The position numbers and the translations under genes were made by a program. DNA of 64,000 nucleotides from Oikopleura dioica (Eukaryota; Animalia; Chordata): assembly GCA_907165135.1 (NCBI GenBank), contig OU015567.1, positions 10,912,001 through 10,976,000 on the forward strand, given 5' to 3'. The notes beneath the pieces are model-generated. The model saw only the letters and a list, made by a program, of their open reading frames with translations. It had not been told where the DNA came from and ran no database searches. Below, one piece after another: positions 13,147 to 24,167 of this stretch. Position 1 is the first letter of the stretch. Every line of letters starts with the position of its first letter.

Positions 13147-16099
13147 CTAGTAAATTCCAACTGCAGCAAAGAGCTCATTCTTCAGATTCATAACTTGCTC
13201 GCCAACAGCTCCAATTATATCTAGCAGACTAGATTCCAGCGCTTTATTTTCAGCTTCATTCTTTGCTTCGATCTCTCGCAGTCGCTTTTCCATAGCTGCA
13301 GAAGAGCCAGGTTCGATCTTTTGAGACAGTCCCTGGAGCATTACGAGCTGCATCATTCTGTTTTGCTTCGACTAAAATTCATTTGATTATTTTCAAGTTT
13401 TTCCGACTTTAAAGGGTACAAATTAAACTTATTTTCTTTTAGATGCTTCTAATGAGGGACACTTTGTATGAGTGCGTGTCGAATAGTTTGATGAATTCGA
13501 TAGAGTAAATTGAATTTGTTGAAAACAAAAAACTTGTTTTGTTTCTTGATTTGGTGCGGACCTTTTTGTCTACATCTGACTCCAGGGCGGCGAGTTCATC
13601 TTCGAGATCATTGATATCATCAGCAAGTGCGAGATCAGCTGACTGCAAGTTTGTGATATCGTCTTTGAGATGGTAACAATTTTTCAATTATATAATGAAA
13701 TCATGGAGGAGAATACTCGTCCAAAACGTTCTTTCTTAGAAATATTGTAACCCATTCCTTGGATATCATCAACAGCTCCATAGAGATAGTCGATAGCTGG
13801 ATCCACGGTTGAAGTAGAAAATTGAGATGTACTTGTACTTGTTGTTGAAGTTGAAGTTGTTGATGTTGTCGTTGTAGTTGTAGTTGTTGTGGTTGTCGTA
13901 GTGGTGGTCGTAGTGGTAGTTGTTGTAGTTGTCGTTGTTGTCGTGGTTGTCGTAGTTGTCGTAGTTGTTGTTGTCGTGGTTGTCGTAGTGGTGGTAGTAG
14001 TGGTAGTTGTTGAAGTAGTGGTAGTGGTGGTAGTTGTCGTTGTTGTCGTGGTTGTCGTAGTAGTGGTAGTGGTGGTAGTTGTGGTAGTTGTCGCTGTGGT
14101 TGTTGTTGTGGTTGTCGTAGTGGTGGTAGAAGTAGTAGTGGTGGTAGAAGTAGTAGTGGTGGTAGTTGTCGTTGTTGTCGTAGTTGTCGTTGTAGTGGTA
14201 GTGGTGGTAGTTGTCGTGGTTGTTGTGGTTGTCGTGGTTGTCGTAGTTGTGGTTGTTGTCGTTGTAGTTGTTGTTGTGGTTGTCGTAGTGGTAGTTGTAG
14301 TTGATGTGGTCGTGGTTACTGATGTAAGAGACGTTGAGGAAGTCTGTGTGAGTGTTGATGAGAAAGGTGTAGAAATAATTGTTGAATTAGTGTTGCTTGT
14401 AGAATCTGAAACTGCATCCGTTACCAACATATTCAGACTCGTGGAAGATGAAGTCATATTTGTAGTTGACCCAAGATTAGCCCCAGTGTAGGTTGCGCTC
14501 AGATCTGTTGAAACAGAAGAGGTACTTCTTCGGCGACGACTAGATGATTGAGAAACTTCGGAGAAAGATACATCAAGTGCAACTGTGTAATCATCTCCTG
14601 CCACATCAAGAAGGTCTTGTTTAAAGACATCGAAAACAGATGCTTTTAATAATTTGTAAGCATCGGAGGATGTGTCGGCAAGGGCGGAATCCCAGGCAAC
14701 AGACGGAGCCAGATCGAATGCGATGACAAAAGTTGTGCTGTAGTACAGATCGTGAGCAGTAGCGAGATCGAGTTGTGGGTTCAAATTGTTAATGTCACTT
14801 TCAAGTGCGCCTTCCATCATCAAAAGCTAAAATTATCATTTAATTTCCGTAAGTTTAACTGGATTGAAATTGATCTTTTACTCACGACAATTTTGAAATA
14901 GAGCTGTTCTGCGAAGTCTGTTTCGTAAATAAGAAGGTCATCGTAGAAGGTCAGGCTATCTAACCCCGTTTTTGTAGCTGTCACCAGAACGGTCGAAGTG
15001 GAATCGTCGAAAAATGAGCAGAGGGCGTAGCTGGAATCCAAAGTGGAGATAACATCAACTAGTGAATTAATGACATAATCCGAATCTTTAGCAGAAGTTG
15101 GGTCGACAATGTCTATCGGCAGGCTCCATTCAAGTCGGTATTCTTCGCCAAAAAGAACATCGTCGCATGTATCTGGCACCGGGGTAGTTGTTGTTGTAGT
15201 CGTCGTCGTGGTTGTAGGAATGACAACCGTTTCAACATCAGTCGTCGATGTTTCCGTTTTTCTTCGACAGTGACAGTTTCAACGGCGATCTAAGAAGATT
15301 TTTATAGATTTGATATAATTTCTACATTGAACGTGCAATCAACAAAGACTCACCCAATTTACAACAGGGTCTTCGCCAGTTTGATCCTGGACAATGGTAA
15401 CTATCTCGGGTGATGCGTCTTCAAGAATATCTGCAATCATTGCAACGTCTTCAGCTTCAGTGTTGTCAATCGTTCCAGTTGCAGTAGCCTCATCAACTGT
15501 TTCAGTAATACTCATTGTGACCTCTGCAACCCAGGATGTCTGAGATGTAGATCGTCTGCGTCGTGACGTCGATTCGAGGACGCATAAGACAGATTCAATA
15601 ACTGCATTTGGAGACGCGTTAAGAATAGCCTGCTCGACAGTATTCGCACAGTCATCTGCTGAGAGGGTATCAGGGAGAGCGACGGACATTTCTGCAGTTG
15701 CTTGTCTGACAATAACATCGACCTAAAGAACAACAAATTTGAAGTGGCTCCTTTTAGATTTAAGATATTATTTTTACCAGAGTTATGAAATCAAGCTTTT
15801 TAGTTAGTTACCTCGCAATCAATATCGGCTTCCCAGGTGCATCCTCCAGGCTTTGCTATAAGGATAGAGCCCCATTGTTCCAAGCAGCTGCATGTGAGAG
15901 TGACTGTATCTTTGCAAGTAGCGGTGCATGTGTCCCCATCTTGGAAAGCATTGCCAGTGCAGGTGTTAGAAGTGGCATCGTTGTAGATGATATTTGTCTC
16001 GCACCAAGGCTCTGTTGTTTTAAAGTGAGTTTGAAGACTAGTTGAGCCCAAGCCAAAGACTGTTCTCTGAATTGCTAGTAACGGAAGAAAAATCTTCAT
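13147..16099 (-). CDS. Secreted mucin-like protein: signal peptide, Cys-rich domain, SEA-like domains with RRRRS sites, poly-Thr tract, coiled-coil C-terminus (house protein/oikosin-like is inference)
   Basis: Spliced ORFs 16099-15812, 15723-, 14823-13752, 13687- and 13356-13147. N-terminus MKIFLPLLAIQ. SEA-like motif AWDSALADTSSDAYKLLKASVFDVF. One apparent +1 frameshift near 15258. Confidence 0.8.
13830..14310 (-). repeat. About 160-codon poly-threonine (ACN) tract
   Basis: Mixed ACC/ACT/ACA/ACG codons with occasional Ser/Ala inside ORF 13684-14823. The plus-strand poly-Val ORF is its antisense shadow. Confidence 0.95.
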
Positions 16100-16438
16100 T
16101 TTCTTTTTCTCGGAAAAGATATTTAAATTTTGATCAGCTGCGATTTAAATACGCAGCGCGATGTGGCGCTGTTGCTATTTTTATTTGGTGCTCGGTGGTG
16201 CAGAGTATGCTGCTTGTGTAGATTTGCGCATGGATGATTTCAGCGATATTCGCGCCGGATGGAATTTCGCGAATGTCGGCACTTATTTTCTAAGAAAATA
16301 CCACTCGGCTGTTGACATAATAAGGGGTCATTTTCTGGGAAATTTAAGAGCAAAGTATTCTTATGCAACAGAAATCTTTTCAGTTTAGAATGTCATGTTT
16401 TGAATTATTTCTATGAAAATGATAATAGTATAAACTAT

Positions 16439-16455
16439 TACAGTATTATACTGTA
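16439..16455. repeat. TACAGTA-N3-TACTGTA micro-palindrome, copy 2
   Basis: TACAGTA TTA TACTGTA, followed by a related CAGTATTAGTAATACTG at 16480-16496. Confidence 0.7.
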
Positions 16456-18220
16456 GCCTTCAGTCTGTAGGATCTCTAGCAGTATTAGTAATACTGTATT
16501 ACTGTAGTTGACATCGGTTTAGAATCTTAATTTATAGGAGCGCTTATTTTGCGAATTAGTCTTTTCTTTGGTCAATAACGGAGACCCCCACCCCTGAATA
16601 ATTCCAATAGAACTTTAGCTTCTGGATAATATTTCTGCTATTTTATGCAATAGAGAGTCTCTTTTAGCGATTCTATGAGAAAAATCAATCATTAACCCAT
16701 GAATATACCCTTAAAATTGATGAGAGGCTGAAGGTAGGGCTAATCGTATAAGAGGAAGGTGTGCGAAAAATTTAGAACGGAAGCAAATTGAAACATATGT
16801 GTCTCCACTTTTATTGGAAAGCATGAAAAGATGTTTATCCGCTACAAATTTCGAGAATTGAACTCTTGTAAACTCGGGAGTACCATACGCGGCATCATAA
16901 ACTGCGGCAGATATGAATCTTTAACCGACAATCACCAGAAAGAAAACGACTGTAAAATAATGGTTGTTATGGAATATTAACAGTTTGAAAAATTTCCCGA
17001 CGAAATGCCTAATCCTTCTGTCAGATGATAAGCTGATCTGCTTGACTGCTTGAGCACCGTGTTTCCCCATCCTACTTGCGGCGGATCGAATCTCAGAAAG
17101 GCCATTTGCTTAGGTGTATATTTTCTTGGCGCGTTCATGCATAAATTTCGCGAAAAAAACTGCTAATTCTAAGTACCACCTGCCTTGACGAATGATCTGA
17201 ATGAATTATTAAGAAAGTAACAAAGGGGGTTAACCGGTTCTTTAACTTTATTATCAAACCTTCATGAAAAGAAATCGTGGAAATAGAATCGGAAGCGATC
17301 ATTTTACTGTCGAACGCGGATTAATAATTTTCCGCGAATCCATCAGCGCTGAAAGAAGTTCTGCTTGGCTAGCTGCTATTTTGAAAGTATTTTCTATCAG
17401 AGTCGGATGACTATTTTGCCAATTATTCTTCGAATTGGGTATCAAACAAATCGATTCAACTTTTTACGGTCTTCTGACTTTTCGAAGAATTTTTTCTTAG
17501 ACTTCGAGTCAATATCCAAATAAGCTTGATTAAGTTGGTCACATTCCAGAGCCGTTCGAACATTTGTGCAAATTAATGCCGATCTACCGGGTTCTTTGTC
17601 TATTGTTTGACTCGGCGGATACGTTCTTTTGACTTCTTACTTCTGTATTTATCCATCTGAAAACATTTTATGACGATCTTCGCGTCTTCTTTAAGAATTA
17701 AACTAATCGGATTAGGAAAGTCGAAGTGGAATTTATTGAACCAAGCGTAATTATAAACGCATTTATTGAAAAAATAAATGCAGAAAGTTTCTGTTTCATA
17801 TATAATTTACTCAGTATTCTTTTGTCGGTCAGTTTGCTCAAGTATATTTATGAAGGAATATAAATTATAAATGCGATTGAAACACTGACACTTACTTTAT
17901 GGTGCATATCGGAATAATAAACGGACGTAAACTGAAACATTTTTCTTTTCAAGAAAAGGCGAGATCAACTTTAATTCCAGAGAGCGCCAGGAAAGGACGT
18001 TTTTTCGCATTGTTCTTCAGCATGATTGTTTCAATGATGGGTGGAACATTTCAATTGTGCGCTCTCTCTCTGTCTCAATTCAGGCACACCGTTCTCAAAC
18101 ACAGATCATCATACGTACAAATCATAATTTTTTCTTTTTTCAGAGATCAAATGTCAGAGAGAAATAAATTTATAATGAGGAAAATATAGAAGATATCTTA
18201 ATCTCAATTGCACTGAAAGA

Positions 18221-20030
18221 ATGGCAGCTTACTGCCCTGCTGGATGCTATTGCGCAGGACAAGGAAGCGAATGCCCCCTGTTCACGGGGAATTTTAACAA
18301 CTGGTGTGGCGCCTCTTGCAGCTGTCCACAGGGACATTACTGCGAGTTCAACGACTTTCCAAGACCCTGCACACTTGGTTACTATACTGAGTGCCCCACG
18401 GTAAGATTGAACTTCGACGAAAAATACTCATACGGAAAAAAGGTTAGCGGAACACCAGGCGCCAAGTCAATGGAAGACTGTCTCCCGTGTCCAGCCGGAA
18501 CAGCTGTGAATCTGGCAACCCCTGGATACGCAGGGCCGGAAAATTGCGCAGACTGTCAGCCCGGCAGCTATAGGAAAATGGACGGAAACTATATTTATGA
18601 TGCGGGAAACACCTTTTGCTTTATATGCTAAATTCCTAACATATTTTCGTCATGGACCGGCATCAATATTTCCTAATAAAGAACACTGTTTTAAGAAAAT
18701 ATAACAAGAATGATATTTATTTGTAGACTAGACTAAACTGAAATATCCGATATTCTGAGAAACTCTTATAATATAAAAGCACGAGAAAACACGATAATCC
18801 CTTAGATACACAAGATAAAAAAGTTTTGGAATCAATTTCTCAGCGCTATTGATAGTTTTTCGTCCGTGACAAAGCCCTAATGAAGGAGCCACTTCCTGTC
18901 GACCCTGTGATGCTGGCTATTATTGTCCGAACGCGAAAATGACTGCCAAATTAAATTGTCCTGAAGGTACAGTAATGCTTGATTTTTTTTCATAAAACGA
19001 GCTGATTCCAGGATATTACTGCCCTCTGTCGTCAATTGCGCCAATTAAATGTCTGGAATCTCAATCATGTCCGTCGAATTCCGCTGCTCCTGATGTCTGC
19101 TCTCCTGGTTTTGTCTGTAATTCCGGTGGTTCTTTTCCATGTCCTGAAGGATCTTATTGTCCTGGTGGCTCTTTGTTTCCGATAATTTGCCCGGCAGGTT
19201 CTTACTGTCCCTCGCAGAGCGCAGAGCCTCTTCCCTGTCCAGAAGATACTTTTTCCGACAAACTTGGACTGATAAGTCCATTTCAATGCGAGCCGTGTCC
19301 TCATGGTTTCGTCTGTCCTCCTGGATCTACAAAGTACTACCGTACAGGCTTGACCAAAGGTGAATTAACGGCGTCTATTCTGGTTCCGATTCTTGGCATA
19401 ATTATTGTTCTCCTCGTCGGTTATTTCTGCTGTTGCCGAAACAAGAAGAAAGCAAAAAATAATGAATTGAAAAAAAGGCAAACATATAAAGAAGAAATTT
19501 CTCATCCAGTCAAATCGATGCAACCAGTTTCAATATCTAAGACGAGATATATAAGTTCCTCAGCCTCTTCTTCATCAACCGACTTCCCTCCACTCCCTCG
19601 CACCGTTGTTGAAGCTCAAGAGTCCTTTGACAAGACGGAAAAGGAATATGCTCAGCGATTCGCTCCGGAACATACGTACTCAAATATTTCTGGCCCGAAA
19701 GACATTGCGATTTCAATAGAAGCGCCAATAGTTGCTGTCAGTGCTCTGGAACATACAGAAGAGATTCAAATGCCAACGGATTCAAAATGGCAAACTTCTT
19801 CTAGCTCCAGTGACTCAGAATCGGGTTCCAAAAAAGTAAAGAAGAAAAAGAAAATCAAACGAAAGAGTTCATCAAGTGGGTCTGAGCCATCAGGAATGAA
19901 ACCGTTTTCGTATATAAATCCACAGAAAACAATTAAACGAAGAACACTTAGCAAGCATGCTTCTCAACGACGAGGGGTGGAAAATAAAGCGTATGTTTCG
20001 TATTCAAGGATTGGATTGAAATTGCAGTAA
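18221..20030 (+). CDS. Cys-rich repeat (GCC2/GCC3, ephrin-receptor-like) type I membrane protein; 5' and 3' ends uncertain
   Basis: Repeated CPAG(S/Y)YC and CxxCxPG motifs; TM segment ILVPILGIIIVLLVGYFCCC followed by RNKKK; Ser-rich tail. Confidence 0.7.
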
Positions 20031-20172
20031 TTTTGTCAATCGTAGTATTATCAAAGGATAAAAAATATATTCTCATATTTGATAAGGAAATCACTTTTCC
20101 ATGTCTCGCCACTTAAACATGAAAAATCATCCAAAATAAAGCAGCTCAGAGGAAGAACGAGAAGATCACGAG

Positions 20173-22621
20173 ATGAAAAGTCTGCCAGCATCAAGGATAA
20201 ACTTGGAGCTGAGAACAGCGGAATCAAAAATTGACAAAGCTCCGATCACGTTGCCAGTCTCATGGGTCGAATCGTCAAGTTCATCATCGTCATCTACGCC
20301 AACAACACCTAGAGCAAAGCTAGAAGAAGGAAATGTTATTGCAGATGCATTAGCAGATATCACGGTGAAAACGCCAAATATAGGTCTGGAATGGGAGTCA
20401 CCAGCTGTCGTTTGTGAGACACACAATCAGGCGTCAGCTCCAGATGGAGACATAGACGACAACAGCTCAAAAATGCTGATTCATACCGGTATGTAAAATG
20501 CAGCTTGTTCTTTCACACATTTTTAGCTGTAACAACAACATACAGCAAGGCAACTACAGCAAAACCTGGTTCAACCTCACGTTCGAGCAGATCGACAATA
20601 TCAAAAACTTCTTCTTCTTCTTCAGCTTCAGAGGAAAATATTCCATCTAAAGCGGCGTCATGCTCATCATCATCATCATCTGTTGCTCCGAAGCGTACTC
20701 GACCAGCTAAAGAAAGCTCTTTCAACCTCGGTGGCATTAGGGACGGAATCCAAGGAATTGGTGACGCGATTGACCGTCTGCGTCGACGTGTGCGAGGTGG
20801 AAAGCGCACAGGTGAGAACCGGCTTCCTTTTTACTCTAAATAGGATACAGTTGGGCGGGCCACCTTGGGCGCATCAGGAGAAAATAGATGTTCTCTAATA
20901 TATATTGTACTTCTACGGTAGAAATTCTACTACAGTATTTACAAAGAAAAAAGACCATGATAAAACTCATTTAAGACACCTCAGATTACGAAGACGACAA
21001 TAAAATCGAAAAAAATGAAAACGAAAAAGTTCCAACATCATCGTCATCATCTTCTACAACTCTATCAAGACCAAGCTCATGTGATGCCCGGAAACCACAC
21101 AATACTGTTCCCAATCTGCAAGATACTCCTTTCAAAATGATTTCGCTTCAGGTAAAGAAACTATTTTTTACTCCTAACATAAAAGCGTTCTCAGGAAGCC
21201 GCGAAAAAAGCAATAATTTCACCAAGGTCTCAAGCGATGTTAGACTCAATAGAAAGAAATCTTAGGTAAATTCATTCTCTATATTTTCAGAATCAAATCG
21301 ATATACCGCGATAGGCTATCGCCGATAGCATTTAAGATGGAAATTTATAGTGACACTAGCGAATCAATATCCGGTACGAATGCCGACATAAGTGGTGATA
21401 CGAGGACATCTGCTATCTTAGTTACGTCAAATTCGTCATTAAAAGATGATCATAACGAGGTTATCGAATCCCATGATGTCTTCGTCTCCGCGACTTCTCC
21501 TGAAAAATTTCGAAACCCCCGGAACGTCAAAAATGATTCTGAAACTCCCGGAGAAACAAAATCATCATCCAGCTTGAGCTCTTCCAGTTCATCAAGTGAT
21601 TCTTCCTGTGACGAACGAATTGATCATTTTCAAGCCTCCAAATTTATGGAAAACAATGATAAATCTCCTCCAAAAAAGATGACAGATGCGCTTATATCAA
21701 GGTAAGTCTATGTAAAAATGTCTGTATTTTTCTCGTGCTTTTAAGATGGACTTCCCAGAGTTCTATATCGATGTCGGACACGGCATCTGAAATACACAGA
21801 TCGAACGACGCCATAAATGATGTTCTCAAGCGCTGGAGCAGACCAAATTCAGTATCAGAAAGAGTGGAAGAAAAAAACGTCACGAAGATTGAAGAACCTA
21901 AGACGTTTATTATAGGAAATAAAAAAATAGTCTAACAGATATAACTTAGTGACAAAATCCCGCTTGACAAAACGAACAGTCTTAATTACACTGCGAATTG
22001 GAGTGTACCTCGCCGTTTCAAATACTTTACGGGAACGATCAACTCTGATACAACTTCTGAACTTGATTTGAATGACGATGACGATAAATTGACTAGTACA
22101 ATGAAGCCTTACTTGGTTCAAACTGCCCGATCGAGATCTACATCATCAGTTTCCTCCTCATCCATCAGCCTTTCAAATTTTCCGGAAAACCCAAGCCGCG
22201 TTAAAAGTATCCGGTACGTTATTTGACGAATACCCAGACAAAATCGCTGGAAATTTGTCGCTAAATAAACTGTTTGAATCCTAGATCCTCAAGTGAAGAT
22301 ACCTTGGTGGCAGAGAAGGATGACGTAGAGGAGACGAATGACATCCAACTGTGGGAGGATATCCTTGCAGAACCAGCCCTCGAGTTGATACGAATTCCGA
22401 AATACGATCCGGATAAAGTTGAATATGTACGAGACATCATCAGAAAACACAATCACATTCCCTCAACACAAAGCTCAGTGCGCTACGATAAAACAACTAC
22501 TGAAACCTCATCTAGCAGCTCAAGCTCAAGGTACCCTTCTAAATTCTCTTCTCCTCTAACCTTATTCAGCTCTAGCAGCTCAGAAGACGATAAACTGCGA
22601 AAAATTGATATGTTTTTATAA
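20173..22621 (+). CDS. Multi-exon Ser-rich low-complexity protein, possibly a continuation of the cytoplasmic tail of the upstream membrane protein
   Basis: Co-linear ORFs 20173-20496, 20505-, 21337-21705, 21735- and 22274-22621, each with poly-Ser runs and separated by GT-AG-bounded gaps. No recognisable domain. Confidence 0.5.
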
Positions 22622-23049
22622 AGCAAGCAGATGACAAATAATGTGTATAAATAAACTTTTTTAATTTATTTAATAATACGAGTTGAATATACAGTTTGAA
22701 AGAAGCTATTTTCAGAGAGACTGTGTCAGACTGGGAAACTACTTTTGATCTTTAAATATTTTTTCGTTGTTGTCGTTTTGACTCTAGAACTTTTAAACTA
22801 AGGAACTACTCGGCAGTGTGGCTGGACAACAATAATTTATTCTTCGTCGAGTTATTTGTGTGTCGAGTCCTGGGCTAGAGCGTTTTGCAGCATTGTCTGA
22901 AACATAGCTTAGAAATAGAACACTCGAATAGTTTCTAACCTGTAAAAGTGTGTTCAAAACAGGATTATTCTCGTTGTTTTCAACATCTGTTTCTCGTTTA
23001 GCTGATCTAAAGATGTTTGCTAGAGAAAATTAAACAAACATAGCCTCAC

Positions 23050-23914
23050 TTACGTTTGCTCCGGAAGTAACGGATTGTAAGTGGCAGTATTTTGTTGAAG
23101 CTGGGTAATAGCTTGCAGGAGCTGGATTTGTGTCAACATTTGCCTAGTCTTTTCCAGATTATTTCCGCCCAAAGCAGATAGACTGTTCAAGAGGGATGGC
23201 TCAGGTGCCGGAGCGATTGGCTTGGTTTCAACTAGAGTTGGAAGACTGGAAACATCAGGAGATACCTTCAATAAAAGTCAGGGTAAAGAAAAAAACACTA
23301 GGGTGTTACCTCACGGGTGGAAGATTTCAAGTCGTTTTCAAAAACATAGCTTGGGTCGAAAGTTTTGATGATTTTCTGAAAAAACGGCGTCAGAAAAAAA
23401 TATCATTTTAGATAATGGTATTAGTACCATATTCATGCTAATGTATTTGAAATTACCTTTAGTTGTTCTTTTTCGCGTGATTCTTTTTCAATATGCTCAG
23501 CTGTCTGTTGCAAAATAGTTGCCTAGGAATAAGTGTCACGCGCCGTTCGCAATTGGCATAATAAGATTGTTACCTTGGAGACTTTTTCGTTGGCGATGCA
23601 GGGCACTAGGCTCTTGAGCCTAGCGAAGCCGTCATTTATGCTTTGCATGCGGCGTCGCTCGTTGCAATTCGCGATTTCGCGCCGCGATTTTTTCTCATCG
23701 GTCAATGTTGGAGATTTCGAGGGTTCAGAGCTACTCGTGTTGAAGTTGATTAATGAGCTGAGGCCACTGGGAGTGGCGTCGGAGACAGCAGCGGCGTGGA
23801 AGTCCCCAAGAGAAGCGGAACGAGACTGGGGCGAGCCAGGGGCGATACGGGCATTTTTTGGGGACGCTCCCCCAGAGAGGGGTTCGTCCGCAGATCGTTT
23901 TGTCGCCAGATTGT
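23050..23914 (-). CDS. TFAP4: bHLH-zip transcription factor AP-4 (first exon and start codon unresolved)
   Basis: RREIANCNERRRMQSINDGFARLKSLVP...EKVSK|ATILQQTAEHI matches the AP-4 bHLH. Four exons join in frame at canonical sites. Confidence 0.9.
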
Positions 23915-24167
23915 CTGAAGATATAAATAAGTATTCAGCTATTTTCTTTACGAAGAATAATAATCAATAGAAAAATTTACCCCCTCTTTTCATCAACGTT
24001 CTCTTTGAAAAAATTAGCTAAGACTACATCTGTCTTTATTTAAGAAAAATCTCAGTGGATGCTCGTTTCGCGAAAAATGCGTTGCGTGTAGTGTTGCTTC
24101 TGACACGTTCTACTTGCGACGGCAATGGCCAAACAACATTCCGGCCCCGACGCGGCATTTTCTCGCT

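Noticed and set aside
13889-14491. 200-aa poly-Val ORF on the plus strand
   Set aside because: Antisense shadow of the poly-Thr tract; no independent start or context.
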